From: Nitrosopumilus sp.
GTDB lineage: Archaea > Thermoproteota > Nitrososphaeria > Nitrososphaerales > Nitrosopumilaceae
NCBI GenBank assembly: GCA_965219345.1
Contig: OZ244732.1
Location: forward strand, 1,728,001-1,792,000
Length of the DNA stretch: 64,000 bases
Direction of reading: 5' to 3'
Made by a program: the position numbers and the translations under genes
Part shown: piece by piece, positions 29,947 through 39,725 of the stretch
How the letters are laid out: the number at the start of each line of letters is the position of its first letter
How positions within the stretch are numbered: position 1 is the first letter of the stretch
Notes under the pieces: generated by a model
The model's input: the letters and a program-made list of their open reading frames with translations, nothing else
The model's database searches: none
What the model was told of the DNA's origin: nothing

Positions 29947-30789
29947 CTAGTTTTTTGTGGTTTTTTTGGAAGTCTTTGTAGTCTTTGATTTAGAGACTTT
30001 TTTTGTATCTCTGCCAAAAAATGCCTTTCTAGCAAAGCAAAGATAGGCAGTATGACCTATTCCTTGAAAAGAGTGTCTGGTTTTTCCTTCTCTAGCTTCA
30101 ATAGTTCGGAGAATATGCTCAGTGGATTCTATATCAGTAAATTCATTTTCAACTAGAGACATAGTTAATTTTTCTAACTGATTCACAGTAGGACAAATAG
30201 CAAAAACTGAACCACTTCCTTTTAGCATCTTTCTCACTTGCGGAATTACTGTCCAAGGATCACCCAAGTCAACTAGAGCTACATCCATGTCTTTCAGTGG
30301 TAACTTTTTTGCAGTTTTTAGATCCAAATTATGGGGTGTTACATATTTAGAAACTCCAGCTTTTTTGATATTTTTTTCAGCTATTTTCATGAAATCTTCA
30401 TTAACATCAAAAGTGTATACATGACCACGTGGTTTTACGATATTAGCAATAAAAGAAGTGAGTGAACCGCTGCCAGTTCCAATTTCTAAAATTTTTTGTC
30501 CGCTTCCAATTCCAGCTCTTGCAACAATGTAACCAAGATCTTTTGGATAAACAATCTGCGTACCATGTTGAATTTTCATCACATAATCATACATTGTGGG
30601 TCTTAGAAGATAAACATACTTGTCCTTGTTTGTGATTACTTTAGAACCATACTCCTTTCCAATCGCATCAGAATGTTTGATTACTCCAATATGTGTATGA
30701 AGAGATTCTTTTTTTGAAATTTTCATTAACCATTTTTTGGAATGATTAAAGTAGAATAGTACTGGAGAGTTTTGTTTTATTTTATCCAT
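29947..30789 (-). CDS. trmI: tRNA (adenine-57/58-N1)-methyltransferase
   Basis: TQIVYPKD, LEIGTGSGSLT, DLGDPW, GHTAYL. Confidence 0.93.
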   Translation of the reverse strand: MDKIKQNSPVLFYFNHSKKWLMKISKKESLHTHIGVIKHSDAIGKEYGSKVITNKDKYVYLLRPTMYDYVMKIQHGTQIVYPKDLGYIVARAGIGSGQKILEIGTGSGSLTSFIANIVKPRGHVYTFDVNEDFMKIAEKNIKKAGVSKYVTPHNLDLKTAKKLPLKDMDVALVDLGDPWTVIPQVRKMLKGSGSVFAICPTVNQLEKLTMSLVENEFTDIESTEHILRTIEAREGKTRHSFQGIGHTAYLCFARKAFFGRDTKKVSKSKTTKTSKKTTKN

Positions 30790-30909
30790 GGATTTTCCCT
30801 AAAAATTTTAGATAAGAATCTACTGATTCAGATTTAGACAATAAAGTCTGTAGAGGCACAGGTTCTAGTACAAATAGTATTTTAATGATAATAAAAATAT
30901 CAATGTGAA

Positions 30910-31260
30910 TTGGCAGAATTAAAAGTTGAAGGCTCTGGCGGATATGTCATAGCTGAATTAACCGAAGAACAGGCAAAAAAGGCAGATTTAGGAGTAGGAA
31001 AATTGTTTTTGGCTCCAATTGGGAAACTTGAAACCGAGAAAATGTTCAAACATTATTGTAAAAACTGTGAAACAGAATTTGACAATCCACCAAAAATTCA
31101 ATTGGAGGAAAGTACCAATGAAGAAGTGACAGACAATTTGATATTGATAGAAAGAGGACAATACACTTGTGAAAAATGTAGTTCAATAATTGGAGAATAT
31201 AGAGTATTCAAAAAGAAGGATGAATCAAATGAAGTTGGAAATGCAAACCAGTCTGGATAA
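30910..31260 (+). CDS. zinc-ribbon hypothetical protein
   Basis: CKNC..CEKC pair. Confidence 0.7.
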   Translation: MAELKVEGSGGYVIAELTEEQAKKADLGVGKLFLAPIGKLETEKMFKHYCKNCETEFDNPPKIQLEESTNEEVTDNLILIERGQYTCEKCSSIIGEYRVFKKKDESNEVGNANQSG

Positions 31261-31756
31261 AATAGTAGAAACAACATCTGATGATTTTCTAAAAGAGATT
31301 AGAGATACCTTTTCTAACATTGATTTTGAGATCATTAGAGAAAGACTAGAAGCAAAATACATGCAAGGTGATCATTCAGCAATGATTCTAGATGGGCGAA
31401 AAAGAATTCACATAATTGTTGATCATGGAATGAATAAACAACAATCAGGGATAAACTGCAAAACTGAAATCAAAATATTTGAAAAATATGGCATGACAGT
31501 TACTGATCATATAATTGGGGAAAAAGTATACAATTATGTTGTACAACCAGAAAAAGAATTCTATCAAGAGTTGGAGAAAATTCCTGAGAATGAATGGTCA
31601 GGCATGAGTGTAACTAGGACAATTTCACAAGACATACTAGGAGAAATTGAAAAAACTGCTTCAAGTATTGGATTTACACTCGATGAGATATCACAATTGA
31701 TGGCTGAAAATGCATACATAACAGAACTTCGATCAAAAACAAAAAAGAAGCTATAA
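31190..31756 (+). CDS. hypothetical protein
   Basis: Long ORF co-oriented with the upstream gene; true start probably internal (about 31241). Confidence 0.6.
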   Translation: MENIEYSKRRMNQMKLEMQTSLDKIVETTSDDFLKEIRDTFSNIDFEIIRERLEAKYMQGDHSAMILDGRKRIHIIVDHGMNKQQSGINCKTEIKIFEKYGMTVTDHIIGEKVYNYVVQPEKEFYQELEKIPENEWSGMSVTRTISQDILGEIEKTASSIGFTLDEISQLMAENAYITELRSKTKKKL

Positions 31757-31781
31757 TACTAACCTAAAATCAAATTTTTGT

Positions 31782-31919
31782 ATGGCAAATCAAAAATGCG
31801 TATCTTGTGGGATAGGATTTTTCTCACCAACAGGTTCAGACAAGTGTTCTAAATGTGCAGGTCAAGAATCTAAAGGACATGAAGGTCATGATTCCTGTGG
31901 TTGTGGACACAGCCACTAA
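31782..31919 (+). CDS. 45-aa Cys/His-rich metal-binding protein (not in the ORF track)
   Basis: MANQKCVSCGIGFFSPTGSDKCSKCAGQESKGHEGHDSCGCGHSH. Confidence 0.7.
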   Translation: MANQKCVSCGIGFFSPTGSDKCSKCAGQESKGHEGHDSCGCGHSH

Positions 31920-32029
31920 CTCTATTTTTCTAATTTATTAGAATATTTTTTAGATTAATTTTCGACACATCCTTCCATACACGAAAAAAGAAAGTGCAGT
32001 TAATTAACCCCATTTAACAATTAGACATA

Positions 32030-32165
32030 ATGGGTACAAAATATGCTCTGATTGACATGTTTTCTGGTGCCGGATGTGCATCTTTAGGATTTCAAAAGGC
32101 AGGATTTGAAATTGCCGCTACCTTAGAAATCAATCCAAAACGCTGTAATGTATATGAAAAAAATT
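32030..32165 (+). pseudogene. DNA (cytosine-5)-methyltransferase N-terminal fragment
   Basis: MGTKYALIDMFSGAGCASLGFQKAGFEIAATLEIN..CNVYEKN (motifs I-II); homology ends abruptly. Confidence 0.8.
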
Positions 32166-32541
32166 GTCAAAGAATCAATAAGATGTATTTTTGAATCACA
32201 ACAAAAAAATGGTTTATGGGCAAAATCAAACCCGATCTTTGTTAGTCCAAAAAGGGGAAATGTGTATTCACTTGCATTTGAAATGCTTGATGTGCTTTTT
32301 TTACCACCAAAATATGCCAAAACATTCACTGGGTATCTTGATAATCTTCAATCTATCATTGATTGGATATCAGACAAAACTATAAACTACAAAAAAGAGA
32401 AGAATGACATTTGTGGCTGGAGATCAAATCATATTGCCAATCCAAAAGGATCCCCTATTTCATGGAGTACTGCGATCGTTTTCAACACGATGTTTAAGAT
32501 ACAAAGCTTTGTAGCACTATTGCTTAACGAAGCAATTGTTA
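32148..32541 (+). pseudogene. N-terminal fragment (alpha/alpha-barrel-like) of the AAA ATPase that resumes at 42741
   Basis: SQQKNGLW (QW-like), GWRSNH..PISWSTA; joins in frame to 42751 across the direct repeat. Confidence 0.65.
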
Positions 32542-32608
32542 GTACGCTGGTACCTTGGCGGGTGTTTTGCATGAAATCTCAATTAGTGTTACTTTAGTCG
32601 GGTGCCAG

Positions 32609-32809
32609 CTAAATCATGTTTAATTCCTTGAGAATTTCTTCAAGTTTCGACCAGATTTCTTTAGGGCATTCTTTTTCATATTTTCCACTATGCCAAGATT
32701 TACGTGTTGTAGTTCCATGAAATCGTTTAATCTCTGCAATCCAACAATCCTGAATCATAGGTTTTTTGTATCGTTTTTCATAAATTTTTCTAGCTTCATC
32801 ATAAGTCAC
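32609..32809 (-). CDS. small basic hypothetical protein
   Basis: TYDE..WIAEIKR.HG..CP.E...LEEILKELNMI; 66 aa. Confidence 0.55.
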   Translation of the reverse strand: MTYDEARKIYEKRYKKPMIQDCWIAEIKRFHGTTTRKSWHSGKYEKECPKEIWSKLEEILKELNMI

Positions 32810-33038
32810 AAATACTTCTAAAAATCAACTAAATAAAAGAATTTAGGAAATTATCTTGAACCAACAACGATCCTTGCCATTAGACAACCACGCAAATTTG
32901 TACAGTCTTAGAATGTTATTTATCTTACGCCATACTTTTTTATCAGTCCATATCTCGGGCATAATCTTGATGAATCTCCTTCATTAACTATAGTTACTCC
33001 CATACGAAACCATCTCTTATCAGGTTTTATTCTTCCCC

Positions 33039-34337
33039 CTACATTTCTGAGATTTTAGTAACTTTCCAGTCTGCTCGTCTTTCCCAATTTGAAGGCAATT
33101 TTGCTACCATGAACTGAATTTTGGTTTTCTTAAGGAATTTCCTTGCATCAGGTTCTATGTTTTTGGTTGTTGTGACAAACCAAAAATTAAATGATGTCAC
33201 CCCTGTTTTTGATTCATTTTTTTTAATTTCTGTTGATTTTGTCAGAAAATAATCCAATTCATCTTTAGTAATCTTTGTGTTATTGCGTTTAAGCTTGCAT
33301 TCACAGATCACAACTTCTCTATTTTTTCTTGAACCCCTTTCTCCAAAAATGTCAATCTCTTTTTCTAAGTAATTTGGAACAAGTCTCGTAGTTGTGTTAT
33401 AATGTTCATAACTGCGTAAATATTCTGAAATGGCATCTTCAAAAATTCGTGCCAGCACATTTTCATATGAATATAGCCCTTTTCCAAAGGATGATTCCTG
33501 GGAAACTTCTTTAGATGTTTCTGGTTTTTTTATACTTGTTTGTTTTTGGATATCCCAGATTCTTTTATCAAATCCTTCTATGTATCCAATAAACTCCTTC
33601 TTCCAAGATAAATTTTTTACATCTTTTAGTAGCTCTTTACTTCCTTTTAGGAATCTACGTTCACTAAATTTTTTTTGCAACATCTTCCAATTTTTTCTCT
33701 CTTTTCTGCTATTCCGTGATTCAATGAACGGTTCCATAAATCTGCCAGTCAATTTTCCGCTTTTTGTAACACTTAACTCTATGGCATCAAAAAAATCATC
33801 AACTACTTCAAAAATTTCTGTTTTATAACTAAAATTTGTTCCAAAATTAATTACGGTGATGTGACTATGTACTCCTGATTGTATTTCATTTTTAAATTCT
33901 TGGGCTGTTTTATAAAATAATTTGTATTTTTTCTCTTCAAAATCAAAGAGTTTATGACTCACTTGTATATGTTCGTTAATCCTTAGATATCCATCAGGAA
34001 ACACAAGTGGTAAATATGGTTTAGCATTGTAGTTAAGATAAACTCGGTAGATTTTCCCGTTGGTTTTTTTAACATAACCTAGATCGGTTAGATTATTTAA
34101 TGCCGTTATCTCTTTATCAGGTATTTTGGTTTTGTTACGATACTTTCCATCTTTTTTTATCTGTTCAGCAACTTTTGGATCTTTTAACTGAGTATCCGAA
34201 AGCATCTCCCTTGGAATCTCATCGTGTACTATTTCTACCTGAATTGTTTTTCTTTTCATTAGTCTGCGCCATACATCTGAAATTGTTTTCTTCTGCTCTT
34301 TTGAGAGTTTCATATCAAGGTGTTTTTTTCCAGCCAC
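33039..34337 (-). CDS. protein with a C-terminal Mrr-like PD-(D/E)xK nuclease domain
   Basis: FEDAISEYL..EIDIFG..VICECK..FWFVTT..ARKFL. Confidence 0.7.
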   Translation of the reverse strand: MAGKKHLDMKLSKEQKKTISDVWRRLMKRKTIQVEIVHDEIPREMLSDTQLKDPKVAEQIKKDGKYRNKTKIPDKEITALNNLTDLGYVKKTNGKIYRVYLNYNAKPYLPLVFPDGYLRINEHIQVSHKLFDFEEKKYKLFYKTAQEFKNEIQSGVHSHITVINFGTNFSYKTEIFEVVDDFFDAIELSVTKSGKLTGRFMEPFIESRNSRKERKNWKMLQKKFSERRFLKGSKELLKDVKNLSWKKEFIGYIEGFDKRIWDIQKQTSIKKPETSKEVSQESSFGKGLYSYENVLARIFEDAISEYLRSYEHYNTTTRLVPNYLEKEIDIFGERGSRKNREVVICECKLKRNNTKITKDELDYFLTKSTEIKKNESKTGVTSFNFWFVTTTKNIEPDARKFLKKTKIQFMVAKLPSNWERRADWKVTKISEM

Positions 34338-34759
34338 TTAACTTTTCAGGAAAATCATTTGAGATTTCTTGAGCAAGGTGCATGACATTAAGGAATACAC
34401 AAGCAGTAGAATAAGAATTATTTTTGCCAATCCAAACATGGATCCGATAAAATTTGACAGTAGAAAAAACCAGCTCAGATTTGACAGACGTTATACGAAA
34501 CCTTTTCCATCCTGTAATGTGTCATTATTGCTGGGACTGAGAGTCGAAGTATTATTGCCATGTACAAGTACCTTGTAGACTGACTCAAAAGACCAATTGC
34601 GTAATTATTAACAAAAACACATAATTTTCAATTGCACTGATCTCCCATCTCATGGAATCACAATAGAATGTGGTAAATTTTGGTGATAAACACTCAGACA
34701 CAGTTTTAGGATCTTTTCTGAGTTAAGATTTTGTAACTTTGCAAGTATTTTGTATGCAA

Positions 34760-34900
34760 ATAAAATCAAAAAATAGAGGATTCAGTCAAGATTACACCAA
34801 AAGGTTGAATTGACAAGCAGATTTGGAGAGAAATAAATGATATTTTAAAACTTTACAAATTTAGCTGATTATCAAATGGAAAAGATAGTTGCTGGCTTAA
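34760..34900 (+). pseudogene. remnant of a transposase C-terminal domain (inverted paralog of 35440-35575)
   Basis: DSVKITPKG*IDKQIWREINDILKLYKFS*LSNGKDSCWLK vs DSIKITPKTWIDKQIWREINDILRLHEFSWLSNGKDSCWLK. Confidence 0.75.
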
Positions 34901-35136
34901 ACTAGTTATTTAAGTAACAATTAAACCAGAACCATTTGAATCATTAATACTTTTTCCTTCGTATTTGTTTACTTGGATTATTGATTTGATTTTACCGTCA
35001 CCTTTTCTTAGGTTAGGATGAATGACACGACTTGTATCTACTATTTGTTTAGAGCCGTCAGTATTTTCCATAATCTGGTTAATTACTAGTTACATATAAT
35101 TCTAAAAATCTCAATACACTGTTCAATCACCCTAAA

Positions 35137-35235
35137 TAGACCTTATGCATAATTGATTAATTTTCAGCTAAAAAATTTGGATCACCCTAAAAATCACGCA
35201 TTTCTAATTTAAAATTAGATTACGCATAAGGTCTA
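35137..35235. mobile_element. 99-bp MITE-like element
   Basis: Inverted repeat TAGACCTTATGCATAAT / ATTACGCATAAGGTCTA (16/17). Confidence 0.55.
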
Positions 35236-35429
35236 ATGAACACCTTGTTGAAAATTGGGAAAACCACATGCTAGAGTATGTAATTAAGGTGTTGAGAAAT
35301 TATGGAAGTGGTTCGTGCCCTCTTTTATATCCTGAGAATTTATGATACTCATAATCCGTTAAAGGGGTTTAACGTCCACATTTACAAAATGTTTTCATGT
35401 TTTCAATTAATAACACATGTACAAAAAGA

Positions 35430-36449
35430 TTAAGAGTTCATCTTAAGCCAACAACTATCCTTTCCATTGGATAACCAGCTAAACTCATGTAGTCTTAGAA
35501 TGTCATTAATTTCTCTCCAAATTTGCTTGTCAATCCATGTTTTAGGAGTTATTTTGATAGAATCACTTTCATTGATTATGGTTACTTTGCCGATTCTCTT
35601 TCCCAAGTTGTTTGCAAAGTTTGACTTTGTTCCAGTTGCTTTATCAAATCTATATACTTGTCATCGCCTAGTTCCAAATCAATTCCAGCCACTTCAGCTG
35701 AGGTTTTGCCATCCAATCCATGATGTGGTTTGACAAAGTTATGGTTTATCTTCAACAACTCTGAGAATGTCTGAGCTAATTCATCATTACCCAATTCACG
35801 TCTGGTCTTTAGTCTTTCCCTTATCTCATTATGGTATCTCTTTATGGGCCTGTTGACAAACCCATCCTTTATCGACTTGGTTTTAACATGTGCAACCCTG
35901 CTTTCAAATTCCTTTCTGATTGCCTCTTAATAGGAGTTTAAGGAATCAGTCAAGACGTAATTGGGATTTTTTAATATTCGTTTTTTGCCACTTGATATTA
36001 TTTTTCTTGCATCTGCAATCTCTCTTTTCTTTGAGACTTCTATTGCTATGAGAAATCGGGTCTTTGGATCAATGATGTTCTACAGCCATACATGAAATCC
36101 TTTTGCCATCTTTTCTGTATCCTTGACGTTTAGAACCATTTCATCAATAGGCCTTGGTAAATGTAGTAGAACTGTACTTTGGGCAAAAGTATGTCAGATT
36201 GTCAAATCTCTCTATGTTTTTCTTGGCAAATTCTTCTTCTCTATACCTCACACATGTTTTGATATGATAGCAGTATCTTTTTTTCCCATTGCTTCTGGCA
36301 ATGTGATGGTGAAAATATTTGCAGCCACAATACCAGATGTTACTTTGTGGCACTCTCTGAACCATATGATGTCTTGTAGGATCAGACTTTGAATCTACTC
36401 CGAATCTGTGTTTTGTTATCTTTGTTACCATGTCTGCATATTCCATCAC
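35430..36449 (-). pseudogene. degraded SWIM-DDE (IS6-like) transposase
   Basis: CGCKYF..CYHIK (SWIM), IDEMV, NIIDPKTRF, LTDSLNSY, RYHNEIRE, HNFVKPHHGLDGKTSAEVAGI; several stops, frameshifts and an internal deletion. Confidence 0.85.
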
Positions 36450-36496
36450 GGTCTCGCTTACAACGCTTTATTTTCTATTCATTATACTTTATTGGC

Positions 36497-36540
36497 AGTA
36501 TAACTATAACATGAAGTTAGTTTCTCTAAAAAGTATAACT
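36497..36540. promoter_or_regulatory. two AGTATAACT near-palindromes in the divergent promoter region
   Basis: Exact copies at 36497-36505 and 36532-36540, between the divergent transposase and the small ORF. Confidence 0.4.
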
Positions 36541-36547
36541 TTATTGT

Positions 36548-36790
36548 ATGTGTTGGATATGTCTAGATATGGGATCCCGCAATTTGAAAAATACCAAGGA
36601 CAGGGATTATCTATATTATGTAATCGCAGAAAATGGAAAAAAAGGCACACACTATTGTGGTTTGGCATCCAAGCCAGAATCAGAAAAAAAGGCATTGGAA
36701 CTAGAACTGTTGGAGCTCAGGGAACAAGGTAGACAAATAACAAAAAAAATGGAGGTCATAAAGAGCAAGATATCCAAAATCAAATCTTAA
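36548..36790 (+). CDS. small basic putative DNA-binding protein with C-terminal coiled coil
   Basis: RDYLYYVIAENGKKGTHYCG three-strand motif plus Leu/Glu helix; start probably 36569. Confidence 0.5.
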   Translation: MCWICLDMGSRNLKNTKDRDYLYYVIAENGKKGTHYCGLASKPESEKKALELELLELREQGRQITKKMEVIKSKISKIKS

Positions 36791-36819
36791 TACCGTAATT
36801 TGATCCGTCAGACATGATC

Positions 36820-37086
36820 TTATTTGGATTTTAGCATGCAGCCAATTTTTTTTCCACTGCGGGTGAGTGCATATAATCTACCTTTTCTTGATTTTGGATT
36901 TATGCATGTGACTAGATCTCGTTTTGCTAGTTCTGATAAAGTGTGACTTACATGACTTGAATAGTATTTTGTCTGTTCTGCTATTTCTTTAGGGCACAAA
37001 TACTCATCTTTTAGCGCAAGGATCACATTTTTCCTATATCTGCTGGCTTTGACAAAACCTAGGATCTCTGGTATGGTCTTTTCCAT
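36820..37086 (-). CDS. winged helix-turn-helix regulator (ArsR/MarR-like)
   Basis: SRYRKNVI..PKEIAE..SHVSHTLSEL..LV.C..KGRLYALT..G; divergent from the RM operon. Confidence 0.85.
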   Translation of the reverse strand: MEKTIPEILGFVKASRYRKNVILALKDEYLCPKEIAEQTKYYSSHVSHTLSELAKRDLVTCINPKSRKGRLYALTRSGKKIGCMLKSK

Positions 37087-37226
37087 GTATCTATCTTGTA
37101 GTTATCTCATGACTGCCTTTTTCGATTATTACAGGTTAGCTACAAAATATATACAATTTACATACAAGATTTTTAATTGATCATAATATCTTCAAAATTC
37201 ATCGCAGTATTTTCTCAAGTGGGGGG

Positions 37227-39725
37227 TTGCTTTTGAAAAAGAAGGCAAAATCAGAATCAGTCGATCAGTATACTCACAGTAATGAAAAAAGGCCGAATAA
37301 TCCTCCAGTTGGTCTTGTAACGCCTGGAACTGATCCTGATCAACCAAGCAAAAAATATTCATATGATCCAAGATTGGATCCACAGCTACAGTGGTCTGGA
37401 AAACAAGAAAATTCAGAGTTTGAAGTAGATACCGTATCTTTACACGTACATGAAAGAATAGATCCTCTTACAATTCTTGAAAAAGCAATGAAACCAAAAC
37501 AGTCAACACAGCAAACCATGTTTAATTATTTTGAAACTCCAGGAAATAATCCTCCATTGCGTGAAGCAATTGATTTTTACAAACATGATCAAAATTGGTC
37601 GAATCGATTGATTGCAGGAGATTCCTTACTGGTAATGAATTCGCTTTTAGAAAAAGAAGGAATGGAAGGAAAAGTACAGATGATCTATATGGATCCCCCC
37701 TATGGCATCAAGTACGGTTCGAATTTTCAACCATTTGTAAACAAGCGAGATGTCAAAGATGGCAAAGATGAAGATCTTACGCAAGAGCCAGAAATGATTA
37801 AGGCATTTAGAGACACTTGGCAGCTTGGAATTCATTCATATTTATCATATTTACGTAATCGTTTATTTTTATCACATAGATTGCTTACTGATTCAGGAAG
37901 TATTTTTATACAAATTTCAAACAAGAATATGCATCTAATAAGAATTATTTTAGATGAAATATTTAACCCACAAAATTTTTGTGGGATAATTTATTATAAA
38001 ACTAAAGCAAGTCCACAACAAGTTCAAACTATTCCTCAAATGGGAGATTTTATTTTATGGTATGCAAAAAATAAACAAAATATCAAAGTTAAAAATCTCT
38101 ACATACCAAAACAAATGGATGAAGAAATAAAAAAAGAATTTGGATTGATTGAGCTTGAAAATGGAGAAATAAAGCACGCCAAAGAATTAAATTGGAAAAT
38201 TCCAAACAATTCTAAAATTTTCCGAACTCAATCGATTTTAACAGCTAGACAATCAGAAGATAGAAATTTTAGTTTCGAAATTGCTGGCAGAGTAATAAAG
38301 CCTCCTATAAATTATTCTTGGGCAATTGATAAAAAAGGCATGAATAATCTTTTAATGCAAAACAGACTTTTAGATAGAGATGCAACATTTAGGCTTTATA
38401 AACAATATTTTGATGATTTTCCATATGTTTTAAGATCAAATTTATGGTTAGATGCAATGGGTGCAATTGATAAAATATATGCAGTCCAAACGTCTGATAA
38501 AATTATTCAAAATTGTGTGTTGATGACTACTGATCCTGGAGACTTAATTTTGGATCCTACATGTGGTTCAGGCACAACAGCATTTGTTGCTGAACAAACT
38601 GGAAGACGATGGCTTACTTGTGATTCATCACGTGTTTCTATCACAATTACTAAAAAAAGATTAATGACTTCGATATACCCGTATTACAAATTAAAATCTA
38701 CATCTCTAAAGGATGGATTTATTTACAAAGAAATTTTACGCAAATCATTAAAAACTATCGCATCAAAAGAATCACCTGAAATCATTATTTTGTATGATGA
38801 ACCTAAAGCTGATCTTTCTAAAAAAAGAATTTCTGGGCCATTTACCGTAGAAGCAGTACCTTCCCCAATTGCTAAATCACTTGATGTTTTATCAGAAGAT
38901 GACTCAAAATCAAATTCTAGCATCTCTACAAATAATAAAAATTCACAGCAAGAACAATGGCGAGATGAATTACTAAAGACAGGAATCAGAGCCAAAGCTG
39001 GTCAGAAGATAGAATTTAGCAGAGTTGAAACGCATCCAGCAACTAAATGGCTTCATGCAGATGCAGAAACAAAGGAAGACAAACCAAAACGAGTAATGAT
39101 ATCTTTTGGTCCTGAACATGCACCACTAGAACAACGTCAAGTCGCACTGGCAATAGAGGAAGCTCAAACTCTAGTTCCAAAGCCAAAGATGATAATCTTT
39201 GCTGCAATGCAGTTTGATCCCGAAGCTGCAAAAGACATTGATGAGCTAAGCTGGCCTGATGTTACCATGCTAAAAGTAGAGATGAACAAGGATCTACTCA
39301 CAGCGGATCTGAAAAAGAAACGCGTAAGCAATGAATCATTTTGGCTTATGGGACAGCCAGATGTGGAACTGCGAAAAACCAAAGATGTAAAATACATCAT
39401 AACAGTAAATGGCTTTGATTATTACAATACGAGAACTGGCGAGGTTGAATCCGGTAGTTCATCTAAAATTGCAATGTGGATGCTAGACACTGATTATGAT
39501 GGAAGAAGTGTCTATCCACAACAGGTATTTTTTCCAATGGAAGAAAAGACTGGAGGATGGAGCAAGCTTGCCAAAACCTTACAGGCTCAAATTGATGAGG
39601 AGTTAATTACAAAATATCAGGGAACTGAATCCATACCATTTGAAGCAGGATCAAACAAGAGGGCAGCTGTAAAGATTATTGACGACAGAGGAATCGAATC
39701 ACTAAAGATCATCAGGCTGGAATAA
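37227..39725 (+). CDS. mod: type III restriction-modification methyltransferase (Mod)
   Basis: NRLIAGDSL, VQMIYMDPPYG, DPGDLILDPTCGSGTTA, AAVKIIDDRGIESL. Confidence 0.92.
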   Translation: MLLKKKAKSESVDQYTHSNEKRPNNPPVGLVTPGTDPDQPSKKYSYDPRLDPQLQWSGKQENSEFEVDTVSLHVHERIDPLTILEKAMKPKQSTQQTMFNYFETPGNNPPLREAIDFYKHDQNWSNRLIAGDSLLVMNSLLEKEGMEGKVQMIYMDPPYGIKYGSNFQPFVNKRDVKDGKDEDLTQEPEMIKAFRDTWQLGIHSYLSYLRNRLFLSHRLLTDSGSIFIQISNKNMHLIRIILDEIFNPQNFCGIIYYKTKASPQQVQTIPQMGDFILWYAKNKQNIKVKNLYIPKQMDEEIKKEFGLIELENGEIKHAKELNWKIPNNSKIFRTQSILTARQSEDRNFSFEIAGRVIKPPINYSWAIDKKGMNNLLMQNRLLDRDATFRLYKQYFDDFPYVLRSNLWLDAMGAIDKIYAVQTSDKIIQNCVLMTTDPGDLILDPTCGSGTTAFVAEQTGRRWLTCDSSRVSITITKKRLMTSIYPYYKLKSTSLKDGFIYKEILRKSLKTIASKESPEIIILYDEPKADLSKKRISGPFTVEAVPSPIAKSLDVLSEDDSKSNSSISTNNKNSQQEQWRDELLKTGIRAKAGQKIEFSRVETHPATKWLHADAETKEDKPKRVMISFGPEHAPLEQRQVALAIEEAQTLVPKPKMIIFAAMQFDPEAAKDIDELSWPDVTMLKVEMNKDLLTADLKKKRVSNESFWLMGQPDVELRKTKDVKYIITVNGFDYYNTRTGEVESGSSSKIAMWMLDTDYDGRSVYPQQVFFPMEEKTGGWSKLAKTLQAQIDEELITKYQGTESIPFEAGSNKRAAVKIIDDRGIESLKIIRLE

